A DNA stretch of 62,943 nucleotides, the filler included, from Candidatus Omnitrophota bacterium (GTDB lineage Bacteria; Omnitrophota; Gorgyraeia; Zapsychrales; Zapsychraceae): the NCBI GenBank assembly GCA_015233495.1. It is 3 parts of 3 records of this genome, joined end to end, with 100 filler letters (N's around TTAATTAATTAA, not from the genome) between each part and the next. Parts side by side here need not be neighbours in the genome. Positions count along the whole stretch, not along the records: positions 1 to 25,390 come from JADFXQ010000023.1; positions 25,491 to 50,046 come from JADFXQ010000024.1; 1 more part is not named here. The stretch is one strand, 5' to 3'. The position numbers and the translations under genes were made by a program. The notes beneath the pieces were generated by a model that saw only the letters and a program-made list of their open reading frames with translations, was not told the origin of the DNA and did no database searches. Positions 19,085 to 29,500 of this stretch are shown here, in pieces. Position 1 is the first letter of the stretch; the number at the start of each line of letters is the position of its first letter.

Positions 19085-20812
19085 TTAAGAACCGCTCTTG
19101 AGTTTGTAAATATAGGATAAAGACGTCGTTTGCTCGATCCGGTAATCCCGGTCAATCACCTGGCGCACCGCTTCGTATTTCCTCCGGTTCGCCGGGTTGC
19201 CGAAATAGGTAATTTCAATTCCCTTGACCGGATTCCGGGGACAAACGATATAGCGCGGCTTTTGCCTAAGAAGCGCGCCGAGCAATTCCTCATGCCAGCC
19301 GTCTTTAAACCAGGAAAGAATTGCCGTCGGAAAACGGCTCAGAAAAGGCCGGTTAATCACAAAACTATTAAAAGCATTTTCCGGAAAAACAAAAACCGTT
19401 TCCCCGGGCAAAGTGTTGCGGCTGAAAAAATCCGCCAGCTGTTCATACTCTTCGGCCTGCGCTTGCGGCAGAACCACCCCTTCCCACCCGGGAATACGCG
19501 GCGGCTGACTCGGGACGTGATATAAAGGCGAAAATTTGGCCGGGTCTTTACCGGTTAAAAAATTAACCGCCATCTTATAACTGACAAACCGATGCTGGAA
19601 TTTGGAAATAGCGAACCCGACGGAAGAAAAAACCAGGCCCGCGATCACTAACGGCGCTATCCAAGCCCGGGCAAAATTTTCTAGCAGCGCCGACGGCCGG
19701 ACCAGAGCGGGTCCGCGGCGCGTTTCCCAGAGATAAAAACAACATCGCTCGATCAAAAAAAACATCAAAAGCTTGGCCGGCTGCAAAGCCATTTCAAACT
19801 GGGCATTCTCGATTTTCCGCCAGGCCGCGGCGTACATAATCAAGCCGTAAGCGGCGATCCCCGCCAAAGCTGTCATCTGGGTCGTTAACCGTTTTTGCCG
19901 ATAGACATAAAATAGATACCCGATAAAAAACAAATAAGTATAAACCGGGGTAAAATGTTTAAAATGCCGGCTAAACGGCGTCAGCCCCCATAAAACTTCC
20001 CCGGCATTCGCGGGATAAACCAACTCCAATTTATCGTTAAACGTGTTGGTCATATTGGTGACCACCGCGAACTGCGAATCGATATACGGCGACCAAGCGC
20101 CGTTCGCCAGCAAATAAACCATATAACTGCCGGCAAACAACAAAAACCCGCCGGCACAAGCCGCAAGCGCCCGGAGCGCAGTTTTATTTTCCCCGGTTCG
20201 CGCTAAAAACAAAGCGGCAAACATCGCGGCAATCGCGCCCAGACTGCAAACCCCGACCTCAACACTCGTCAATAACCCGCAGGCCGCCAAACCGCCAGCG
20301 GCAAACATCCAGCGGGACTTGCCGCTCTGGCCATATTTGAGCAAACACCACAAACCAAAAATCCCGAAAGCATAACGGAACCCGCCCCAATTATTAAAAT
20401 ACACGCGCGGAAAAGTCCGGGCAATGATCACCAAGCCGGAGAGATAAAAAATCAGGCGCGAACGGAACAAAGATTTCCCGATGAGGATACAACCGAGCAA
20501 GGTGACTACTGTGCCGATATAAAAATAATAAGGAAGGATAAAAAAATGCCGGCCCAGGAGTTTCATGAAAAACGCCGGAATATATAATTCCAGCGGGCCG
20601 CGCAAATGAAAAAAATCACGGTACGGCACCCAGCCGCGGAAAATTGCGTCGATCCCCGGCGCGTATAACCCCAATTCAAACGGATTGATTTCCCCGATCA
20701 AGGTAAACGGCTGGTAGGTGATCAAAACCGTCAGCAAAGATAAAAGAAAAAGATCGTTGCCGGCCGGACGAAAAAAAACGCTGGTTTGCCAGCGCCGTAA
20801 AATTTCTCGCAT
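19085..20812 (-). CDS. Polytopic membrane protein, putative GT-C glycosyltransferase
   Basis: PYRDFFHLRGP loop, many TM helices, extracytoplasmic C-domain. Confidence 0.6.
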   Translation of the reverse strand: MREILRRWQTSVFFRPAGNDLFLLSLLTVLITYQPFTLIGEINPFELGLYAPGIDAIFRGWVPYRDFFHLRGPLELYIPAFFMKLLGRHFFILPYYFYIGTVVTLLGCILIGKSLFRSRLIFYLSGLVIIARTFPRVYFNNWGGFRYAFGIFGLWCLLKYGQSGKSRWMFAAGGLAACGLLTSVEVGVCSLGAIAAMFAALFLARTGENKTALRALAACAGGFLLFAGSYMVYLLANGAWSPYIDSQFAVVTNMTNTFNDKLELVYPANAGEVLWGLTPFSRHFKHFTPVYTYLFFIGYLFYVYRQKRLTTQMTALAGIAAYGLIMYAAAWRKIENAQFEMALQPAKLLMFFLIERCCFYLWETRRGPALVRPSALLENFARAWIAPLVIAGLVFSSVGFAISKFQHRFVSYKMAVNFLTGKDPAKFSPLYHVPSQPPRIPGWEGVVLPQAQAEEYEQLADFFSRNTLPGETVFVFPENAFNSFVINRPFLSRFPTAILSWFKDGWHEELLGALLRQKPRYIVCPRNPVKGIEITYFGNPANRRKYEAVRQVIDRDYRIEQTTSLSYIYKLKSGS

Positions 20813-20906
20813 CGCGATTTTTCCTTTCCGTTCATCAATGTCCAATTTGGACAGCAATATTTCCGTTCTCTATGCGCCGACGCGGTCTGAGACTGCGGCA
20901 GACAGC

Positions 20907-21629
20907 TTAGGCATTTTTAAAGCAGACGCAAATAAAATCACTCGCCTGACGAATCCGGCCGGCGGTGATTTGAAAATCCCGCGTCGTCATATTTTGATAA
21001 AAAATTTTTACCGGGTTAATTTTTTCCGGCAGAAAATTAAAAATGCCGATGCGCTTTAACCGGTGAAAAAACAGCTGCTTCAGCGTCGAATGCAAACCAT
21101 ACATCCGCGTGCCGGGAAAAACGCCGCCCAATAAATCGCTGAGTTCCGCATAACGGAATTCTTTGCGATGCGCCGCTTGTTTCTGATAAGTCAGCGGCGA
21201 TTTCATCGCGTGGTCCAAATTCAAAGTTGAAATATAAGCCGCGCCCCCGGCTTTTAAAACCCGGCGGATTTCCGACAAATAGCGGGTCAATTGCTCTTCC
21301 GGGATATGCTCAATCACCTGAAAAGAACAAACCGCGTCAAAGGCATTGTCCCCAAACCCTAATGCCAGAGCGTCCATATGTTCAAACGTCAGATTCGCGG
21401 CCGGATATTTAAGCCGCGCCGCAGCCGGGACCTCTTCCCCGAAATCCACGCCAATCACTTGATCCGCGGTTTGCGCCAAATACGCCGCCCCATAACCGTC
21501 GCCGCAGCCGATTTCCAAAACGCGTTTGCCTTTGATCAATGGTTTAATAAAATCATACGGCGCCAAATGCTGCATATAAAATTTCCGGTCTATCGCTTCC
21601 GGAATAATCCCGCCGGTGATTTTTTGCAT
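20907..21629 (-). CDS. Class I SAM-dependent methyltransferase
   Basis: VLEIGCGDGYG, FDAVCSFQVIEH, RRVLKAGG; start taken at MQKIT. Confidence 0.9.
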   Translation of the reverse strand: MQKITGGIIPEAIDRKFYMQHLAPYDFIKPLIKGKRVLEIGCGDGYGAAYLAQTADQVIGVDFGEEVPAAARLKYPAANLTFEHMDALALGFGDNAFDAVCSFQVIEHIPEEQLTRYLSEIRRVLKAGGAAYISTLNLDHAMKSPLTYQKQAAHRKEFRYAELSDLLGGVFPGTRMYGLHSTLKQLFFHRLKRIGIFNFLPEKINPVKIFYQNMTTRDFQITAGRIRQASDFICVCFKNA

Positions 21630-21702
21630 ACCCTGGCCCCATTGGTTATTGCCGTTAGTCAGTGAAAGATCCGCCGCCCATTTTAGGATCAACCGCGCGG
21701 AA

Positions 21703-22446
21703 TTAGAGGAATGTCCCGGGAATAAAAAAATAATTACCGTCACCGGAGAAATCTTCAACGCGGTTCAAACGATCGCCGGCCGCTTTCATGGCCTGATAAC
21801 CCAGCCCCTTAAACAGTCCGAACAACTGTTGCGGGGACGCGCTGAATTTTTGCAAATGGCCCGGGTCGATCTCGCATAAGACCAAAGGATGAAAAGCGGA
21901 CAAGGTTCCCATGCCGCCTTGAAATATCGAATATTCCGCGCCTTCCGTGTCGCATTTGATAAAATCGAGCCGGCGGATGCCGTGTTCCGCGCACAGCCCG
22001 TCTATGGTTTTCACCGGCACCGTTTCGCAGACCGCCGCGGGCGCCGGAGTATCGCTCAAATAAGACAAAGAATAACCAATACGGCCGTTAGGTTTGCGCG
22101 GTGAAACCAACACCATTTCCCGTTCAGATTGACCCAAGGCGCAATGGGCCAATACCACATTCCGCATCCCAAAAAGCCAGCGGATGGCCGAAACAACAAA
22201 AAAACTGAACGCCCCGGGTTCAACGCAAATCACTTTCCCCGCCGGCCCGACGCAGCGGGATAATGGATAAGCGTATCGTCCATAAGCCCCCCCGATATCT
22301 AAACACACATCGCCGGGTTTGAGCATTTTTTCCAAAAGCGCGATTTCCGGTTCGAATTTTTTGTGGCGCAGGTTGCGGCCGGCCGTCTTGATCACCATCG
22401 GGACCGCGGCAAAGACCAAACAAATTTTTTTCCAAAACACGCTCAC
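21703..22446 (-). CDS. FkbM-family methyltransferase
   Basis: LDIGGAYG, VICVEP, LDFIKCDTEGAE. Confidence 0.88.
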   Translation of the reverse strand: MSVFWKKICLVFAAVPMVIKTAGRNLRHKKFEPEIALLEKMLKPGDVCLDIGGAYGRYAYPLSRCVGPAGKVICVEPGAFSFFVVSAIRWLFGMRNVVLAHCALGQSEREMVLVSPRKPNGRIGYSLSYLSDTPAPAAVCETVPVKTIDGLCAEHGIRRLDFIKCDTEGAEYSIFQGGMGTLSAFHPLVLCEIDPGHLQKFSASPQQLFGLFKGLGYQAMKAAGDRLNRVEDFSGDGNYFFIPGTFL

Positions 22447-22473
22447 CCGCTTCCCCCTTTTCTGGTCCGCCGC

Positions 22474-23505
22474 CTATTTCCGGCCCGCTTTAGCCGGGTT
22501 CTGCAAATTTAGCACTTGGCGTTTTAAGACCGCCAACTTTTTGCGCAGGGACGCGTTTTCTTTTTGCAGAACATCTAAATTTTCCTGGAATTGCTGCCGG
22601 TCTCCCGGTTCCGACGGCGCGATAGCCGCGTGTTTCCACCGGCTTTTAACCACAGCCAACACCGTTTGCAAGGAGGTCTTTTCCGAGATTAACTTCGCGT
22701 TGTCCGCGTCCAATTGATTGATCCGGCGGACCGGTTGCTCCGTGACCTCCGCCAATTCTTTTTCTAATTGTTTTTTCCGTCCGGTTAAATCCTCGTTTGC
22801 TTTTTGGGTTTGGTCTGCTTCCCGAACCATTTGATCGACCGCGCTCTTTTCCCTGGCGTATCCCGTCAAAGCCGCGTAAGGCCGGCTCGCCGTCTCATAA
22901 CGGCGCTGGCCGGCTAAAACGGCTTTTTCCGATTCTTTCAGCTCATCCTCTATCCGTTGGTCTTCTTCGGCCCATCCTTTTTTTTGTTCTTGCTCCATTC
23001 TTTTCAACTCTTCCCGACGGTCGCTGACCATATTCTGCCGCTGGGCTATCAGATCCAACAAAACCTGTTGTTCTTTTTTCTTGGCGTCCCATTGGGATTG
23101 CAATTGATCCTCCTCTTTGGCGGCGCCGGACAAATCCGCGGCCAGCCGATCCGACGCTTGTTCCAGCTGTTGATATTCCTGTAAAGTCTGCTGCAATTGT
23201 TTTTCTTGCGTATTCACATCTTGCGTCACTGAACCTTTACGGCTGCCGAATTCATTGACTGCCTTTTGCAAAACCGGGATCTGGCGTTTCATTTCCGCGA
23301 TATCGCGGCGGAGCTCCGCGTTGCGGTCGCCGATTTGATTGACGCTCTCCCGAAGACTGCGGACACTGCGCTCATAGATATCGCGCGTGGATACCAGCCC
23401 GCCCTCGTTCATTTGGGCAAAAGCCGGCAAAACACCCAGCAGGGCCAGCGCGCCCAGCGCCGCGCTTCTGCCAACGACCCCAGAGATAAAAATGGATTTG
23501 CGCAT
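22474..23505 (-). CDS. Secreted long coiled-coil protein
   Basis: Signal peptide AFA-Q; Q/E/K/R-rich heptads throughout. Confidence 0.7.
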   Translation of the reverse strand: MRKSIFISGVVGRSAALGALALLGVLPAFAQMNEGGLVSTRDIYERSVRSLRESVNQIGDRNAELRRDIAEMKRQIPVLQKAVNEFGSRKGSVTQDVNTQEKQLQQTLQEYQQLEQASDRLAADLSGAAKEEDQLQSQWDAKKKEQQVLLDLIAQRQNMVSDRREELKRMEQEQKKGWAEEDQRIEDELKESEKAVLAGQRRYETASRPYAALTGYAREKSAVDQMVREADQTQKANEDLTGRKKQLEKELAEVTEQPVRRINQLDADNAKLISEKTSLQTVLAVVKSRWKHAAIAPSEPGDRQQFQENLDVLQKENASLRKKLAVLKRQVLNLQNPAKAGRK

Positions 23506-23514
23506 AGCTTTTCT

Positions 23515-24717
23515 CTAAACGATTTGAGAAATCGTCATGATCGGCAAAAACAAAGCGATCACAATAAATCCAATCACCACACCCAGCACCGCGATAATCA
23601 GCGGCTCAATAATACTCGTTAACCCATCCACTGCCGCGTCTACCTGGTCGTCGTAAAATTCGGCGATCTTCGACAGCATTTTCTCCATCTGCCCGGATTT
23701 TTCGCCGATCGCGATCATCCGGGTGACCATCGGCGGAAAAACCGAGCTTTTCGACAACGGGGCAGCGATGCTCTCGCCTTCGCGCACAGAATTTTTCACG
23801 TCTTCCATCACGTCTTCCAAAACCCGGTTGCCAATGGTTTTGGACACAATGTCCAACGATTCGAGAATGGGAACCCCGCTCTGAATAAGGGTGGCCAAAG
23901 TCCGGCTGAACCGGCTTATTGCGACTTTACATAATAAAGGCCCGAAAATCGGAATCCGCAAAATAAAACCGTCAATCGCCCGGGCGCCTTTATCCGTAGT
24001 GTGCCATTTTTTTAAACCAAAAAAAACCGCGACCAGACCGATCACGATAAACAGGATGTAATGTTTTAAGCAATTGCTCATGTCGATCAACAACTGCGTC
24101 ATCGCCGGCAATTTTTTTCCGAACGAAGCGTAAATCCCGGCAAAAGTCGGGACTACCTTGACCAAAAGCAGCACAGTAATCAACATCGCCATAGACACCA
24201 CGACAATCGGATAAATCATGGCTGATTTGACTTTGCCCTGCAATTTTTGCGATTTTTCCATATAGGTAGACACCCGGTCTAACACCGCGCTCAATACGCC
24301 GCCGGTCTCGCCGACCTTGATCATGTTGATAAAGAGCGGAACAAATACACTGTTATGCTTGGCAAACGCCGCCGAAAGACTGTTGCCGTGCTGAATGTCC
24401 TCTCGGATCGTCCCGATCACTTTTTTGAACAAAGGATGGACGATCTGATCCTGCAAAGAATCCAAGGCTTGTAAAATAGGGATACCGGCGTCCACCATAG
24501 TGGACAATTGGCGGGAAAAAATCACAATTTCTTCCGGCTTGACCTTTTTGGCGGCAAAGGCTGAACCCGCCGCCTTGCCTTTGATTTCCTCGACGGAAAT
24601 GATGGTCAATTTGCGTTTGCGCAAAGCGTCGATCGCCGCGGCCCGGTTTTCCACGGCTAACTGACCGTTTACCGGCCGGGCGTCTGCGTCTTTCGCAATA
24701 TATTTAAAGGTCGGCAT
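23515..24717 (-). CDS. pilC: Type IV pilus/T2SS platform protein, PilC/GspF family
   Basis: FSRQLSTMVDAGIP, GETGG, SAMIYP, RFSRTLATL, GEKSG, IEP. Confidence 0.92.
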   Translation of the reverse strand: MPTFKYIAKDADARPVNGQLAVENRAAAIDALRKRKLTIISVEEIKGKAAGSAFAAKKVKPEEIVIFSRQLSTMVDAGIPILQALDSLQDQIVHPLFKKVIGTIREDIQHGNSLSAAFAKHNSVFVPLFINMIKVGETGGVLSAVLDRVSTYMEKSQKLQGKVKSAMIYPIVVVSMAMLITVLLLVKVVPTFAGIYASFGKKLPAMTQLLIDMSNCLKHYILFIVIGLVAVFFGLKKWHTTDKGARAIDGFILRIPIFGPLLCKVAISRFSRTLATLIQSGVPILESLDIVSKTIGNRVLEDVMEDVKNSVREGESIAAPLSKSSVFPPMVTRMIAIGEKSGQMEKMLSKIAEFYDDQVDAAVDGLTSIIEPLIIAVLGVVIGFIVIALFLPIMTISQIV

Positions 24718-25216
24718 CTTCGCTGTCCCGGAAATAATACATTTCCAACGTACGGTAAATTTCGGTCGGCGTCGCGATAAAAGGCGCGAGGCGCAAATTC
24801 GTTGCTTTGCGGATTTCCCGCCGGGCGAAAAGATCCAGCGGATTAAGCATGACTAAACTCAATACATCCCCTACCCGGTCCAAAGGAATCACCTTATAAC
24901 GCCAAGCCAGATCCAAGGAGATCAACTGGATCACCCGGGGATCAATCCGATATTGATCAACGGCGATATACGGCAAATGACACTGCACGGATAAGGCGAT
25001 CACAATGTCTTTTTCCCGCGCGTGTCCTAAACTGACCAAAATATCGCCGAGAAATCCCCCCTCTTTTTTTTGGACCTGCAAAGCCTCCCGCAAATGCGGG
25101 CGAAGGATAACGCTGCGCTCCAGAAGGATATCTCCCAGCCGTTGGCTTTTCGGAATATATAAATCCGGCTCACAAATTTGCTTAACCACGGTCACCTCGC
25201 TCTTGTCGCGCGTCAC
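24704..25216 (-). CDS. Stand-alone MshEN/GspE N-terminal domain protein, putative c-di-GMP receptor
   Basis: RLGDILLERSVI...LREALQVQ...FLGDILVSLG; no ATPase domain. Confidence 0.75.
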   Translation of the reverse strand: MTRDKSEVTVVKQICEPDLYIPKSQRLGDILLERSVILRPHLREALQVQKKEGGFLGDILVSLGHAREKDIVIALSVQCHLPYIAVDQYRIDPRVIQLISLDLAWRYKVIPLDRVGDVLSLVMLNPLDLFARREIRKATNLRLAPFIATPTEIYRTLEMYYFRDSEDADL

Positions 25217-25390
25217 GTCTCAACCGCTGATATTTTATCATCATTTTCCAAAATCCCAAGCGTGAAATCAGAAGAATCAGCCTTAATCCTTATTCTTATT
25301 GCTGTTTTTCATAAACCAGTCACTGCGCATTTCCAAATGGGTTTCGTTTTTCGGAGTGTCCGGCGGCGCTACCCGCACTTCGACACAAAA

Positions 25391-25490
25391 NNNNNNNNNN
25401 NNNNNNNNNNNNNNNNNNNNNNNNNNNNNNNNNNTTAATTAATTAANNNNNNNNNNNNNNNNNNNNNNNNNNNNNNNNNNNNNNNNNNNN
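25391..25490. other. Artificial contig linker
   Basis: N44-TTAATTAATTAA-N44 (stop codons in all six frames). Confidence 0.97.
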
Positions 25491-25852
25491 ACGTGATCCT
25501 CATCGGCCAGCCGGAATTGTTGAATAACATCAACCTCGGCGTTAACCAGGACATCAAAAGCCGCGTCACGTATTCCACAATCACCAAACGGCTGAACCCC
25601 GACGACATGAAAGCCTTCATCCTCGGCGAGCTTGACCGCATCAAATTGGGACACAACACGTTTACCGAAGACGCCATCGACCTCATTGTCCGCTCCTCCG
25701 ACGGCGTCTTAAGAAAAACCCGAAACCTGTGTTTGTCCTGCATGCTCGAATCCGTCAGACTGCGCACCAAAATCATTGGCCTCGAGACCGTCAACCGCGT
25801 CCTCATCCAACCTCACTGGCGAAAGGAGCAAGACCTCGGACAAATTTATTAA
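25491..25852 (+). CDS. 3' part of a transposon-type ExeA-family AAA ATPase, cut by the contig edge
   Basis: ILIGQPEL...; near-identical to 47787-48148. Confidence 0.85.
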
Positions 25853-26133
25853 CGATGTCCATCCGCCCCTTGGCATCGGTTTATGATGCCACGGGGCGGA
25901 TGCGGCGTGCACTTGCTCTTTGACAATCATTGTATCCCTGAACCGCCATGCCTCGTCGGAAAAAAACGGCATGGATTGCGGCTCACGCCTGCCCAAATTG
26001 ATCGTTACATACGATTACGTTGGCAAAAATTCTCTCCAAAATACAGCGAGATATCGGGAATGGCCTTTTTTGAAGGCCGTTTTTATACATGTTTAATTCG
26101 AGAACCAATATGATCAGAATTAAGACGGTAACA
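25491..26133 (+). mobile_element. Transposon right arm, copy 1
   Basis: ATPase tail plus ~280 bp ending TTAATTCGAGAACCAATATGATCAGAATTAAGACGGTAACA; abrupt junction with an Rhs fragment; 5'-TGT terminus as in DDE elements. Confidence 0.8.
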
Positions 26134-26251
26134 CATACGTCTGTTCGACGAGTTTGCTCGACGGATATATGAGAGATTTTAGCTGGCCGTTTTTGTAGTA
26201 GTTGTAGGTAAGAGGATATAAATTAGACGATAATGAATAAATGGTGGATGC
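26134..26251 (-). pseudogene. Orphan Rhs-core fragment cut by the transposon
   Basis: 118 bp matching 28103-28220 (about 11 mismatches by eye); encodes STIYSLSSNLYPLTYNYYKNGQLKSLIYPSSKLVEQTY. Confidence 0.88.
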
Positions 26252-26306
26252 ACTCAATTTCTAGTCATTGAGAAACATCGTTTATATTTTTTTCACTGTA
26301 CGTACA

Positions 26307-26519
26307 TTATTTATTTCTTTTATTGTTATCCGGATTATTAAAACCCCCACGACTATTGTCCTCGTGTTCAGCAATAATGCTATTTAGCACTGTTACAAAA
26401 AAGGCAATACCAAAAGAAATTAAAAAAGTTACTTTAAAAAGATATGAAGCCGCAACGGCTACAAATCCAGAAATTAATAAACCGATAAGAAAAAGTTTAA
26501 AATTCATTATTTTTTTCAT
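26307..26519 (-). CDS. Small two-TM immunity protein, Tsi5-like
   Basis: Directly downstream of the Rhs toxin; GGAGG RBS; AT-rich; two hydrophobic helices then EHEDNSRGGFNNP. Confidence 0.75.
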   Translation of the reverse strand: MKKIMNFKLFLIGLLISGFVAVAASYLFKVTFLISFGIAFFVTVLNSIIAEHEDNSRGGFNNPDNNKRNK

Positions 26520-26576
26520 AATTCCCTCCAATCACAAAAAATTCTCTCCAAACATAAGATTAACCCAAACCGTTTA

Positions 26577-29500
26577 TTACTTTGATTTACATCCATAATT
26601 CGAACTGTTCATTAGACTCCCTAAGAATGCGTCCAAGCCTAATGCGTTTATATACAAATTTGTACGACCTGATGCTTGGATTATCGCATCTGCGGATCCT
26701 TTATACTTAGACAGCACTTGCTCAAATGAATAAATCCCAGTAGTTCTAAAAGGATTTAGACTAAACACAATCTTTAACTGATTTCGCAATTCTACCGCTT
26801 TCATTGCATTAGACAATGTAGGTGTCGTGCCATAAAATACTGAAGCAACCTTCGCCGTTCCCGAATAAGCTAAACGACCAGCTCCAAATGCAAATGAACT
26901 AACCACTCCCGCTGTATACAATCCACTGTTAGATTGGACAACGGCATCACTTCCCATAGATTGACGTATCCCTTTTGTTAAACCAAATGATAACGAATCA
27001 CCCACACCAGCGGAAAAATTTGATGTGTCTTGTAAAAACTCTTCAGTGGAATATAAACCATAAGGGTCAACTAACATCGTCGGACGATTTCGTACATACC
27101 GATAAAGGTTAACATCATCCACCGTTCCAATCGGGTCACGCTGAAGGAAACGACCGATCGTAAGATCGTAGGCTCGAGCCCGGTAGTGGTAGAGGTTGGT
27201 CTCTGGATCGAATTCTCGTCCGGTGAACATGTACGGATTGGAAATGCTCGACGAGGATTGAAGAATATGAGACGAGTTGTAGATGTTGGTGTTGCCGTAG
27301 GAGGCGTAATCGTAACTTTCGGCTAGGTTGCCGTTGCCGTTGAGGATTTCGCTGGTGCTGCCTAGGCCGTCGCGGAAGTAATAATAGGTTGCGGTTGGTT
27401 GCGTAGTGCTCATGGTCAGGACTTCGTCTACGCCTGGACCGTGGACGTAATCGCGTAAGAGTTCGCCGGTGGCGTTGCGTTCTTCAATGATGTCATCGCC
27501 GTTATAAATGAAGTATGTCGTCGTGCCGTTGACTGTTTTGCTGAGCCGTCGACCAAAAGCATCAAAGGCATAAGTTGAAGCACTGGACGGCGAAGAAATC
27601 AAATGATTTTCTTCGTCGTAAGTAAATGTTTTCGCTCCGTCGGACGCCAGATTGCCGTTGGTGTCGTAACCGAACGTTGAACTGTTTACAGTCAAATATT
27701 GGTTGAGCGCATTCGATGTATAATTGACACCGTCGGCAGTCAGCCGGTTGCCCACGTTGTCATAATCAAACGCGTGGTTCTGCGCTCCGGTTACGGTTTT
27801 CAGCTCGTAAATGTTATTGTAAGAATAATTGATTGTCTCCGCCGGAAATGTCCCGCGCGTCACGTCCATCCGCGTGCGGTTGCCGACTTTGTCATGGGTT
27901 GGATACGCGTATGAGGAAATCTCCCCTCCCGTCGAGAATTGATTCGTCAACAGCAACAACTGATTCGCCGGATCGTAAAGATAATTTTGTTCCGTCGAAA
28001 TTTGAGGATAAGCAACCGACGACAAACGATTCAATGGGTCATAATTATAATCCGCGATCGTGGTCCCTCCTGCTTTCACCAGATCCAGTCGGTTGTCATT
28101 ATCATATGTCTGTTCGACGAGTTTGCTCGACGGATACGTGAGAGATTTTAGCTGGCCGTTTTTGTAGTAGTTGTAAGCAAGAGGATAGAGATTAGACGAT
28201 AGAGAATAGATGGTGGTTGCAATGCGATTGAGATTGTCGTAGGTATTGTGAATTTGGACGGCGGCGTTATCCGCGGATTCAAGCCTTCCGCCCAAATCAT
28301 AATCAAAAATTGCGTTTCGGCCGGGATTGGATGGATAACGTTTCGCGGTCAAGCGATTAAGCTCATCGTAATCATATTCTATTGTTTTCCCGTCGGGCAC
28401 GCGGTGAATTTTCAGGTTGCCGTTTTTGTCAAACGTGTATTCATGATAACTCGCGTCCGCGTAAATCTCTTTAGCCTGCCGGTCGAATAAATCGTATTCA
28501 TAATTCGTCGCGTGATTGTTGGCATCCGTGATTTTTTTCAGATTGGCGTTGGCATCATAATCGGTTTGCGTGACGCCCGGCGGATCATTAGCGTCGGTAG
28601 CCTTCAACAACTTGTCCCGCTCGTCGTATTCGTATGTCGTGGCATGATTCTCCGAGTCCACAACTGAGGCGAGGTTTTCATTGTTATCGTAATTGTACGT
28701 CGTAACTCGGGCCAAGGGATCGGTTGAGGTTTTCAGATGATTTAAAATATCATACGTCATTTGCGTGACCTGCCATTGTGTCGCGCCAGGATCCATTTGC
28801 CGCTCGACGCGAATGAGATTTCCGTTCGCGTCGTGAAAATACTTTGTCGCGAACCCCAACCCGGTCGTGACCTTATTCAGCCAGCCTAACGCGTTGTAAT
28901 CATAATCCGTGGATTTATTTTCAGCGTCGGTCACAACATCCAAGTTGCCGTAAACGTCATAGGTCATGTGCGTCACCGCGTTGATTCCCGACGGATCTTG
29001 GACGATATCGGTTAAATATCCGGTATTCGGATCATACGCATATTGAACGACTTTCCCGTTGGCATCGATCTTTTGCGTGACCTGGCCATAAGCATTGTAA
29101 GTGAACTCCGTGACCGGCGTGCCCTTTATCACCGTCGGGGATGTGATTTTGACCACGTTGCCGGATGCCGCGTATTTCGGGTTACCCGACGGCAATTCAT
29201 AATCGTAAAGAAAATTTGTGCTGCGGCCCAACGCATCCGTGATCGTTTTCATCTGGTTGAACCGCGGTTCATACGTCAGCGCTACGACAATGTCATTTAT
29301 ATCATCGTCAGCCAGCGTCATGTCGGTTTTTTTACGGATTTGTAATAGATTGCCCCGGCCGCGGTCATCGGGATTGGTTTTATCATAAACAAACTTGACC
29401 CCGTTGCCTTTCGGATATGTCACGGACGTTTTCATGGAATCCGCATTGTACGTGTAGCTCGTCGTGAACGACGCCGGGTCGCTCTGCCGCAGTGCGGCCG

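Noticed and set aside
25391..25490. TTAATTAATTAA palindrome, also at 50091-50102
   Set aside because: Artificial six-frame-stop linker within N runs; ORFs and gene neighbourhoods spanning it are not real.
25709..26113. Small ORFs in the transposon arm, also 48025-48391
   Set aside because: No recognisable motifs and more divergent between copies than the ATPase; probably non-coding end sequence.
26134..28220. Near-identical repeat pair as a DGR template/variable repeat
   Set aside because: No reverse transcriptase is present, mismatches are not adenine-specific, and the orphan-Rhs explanation fits.
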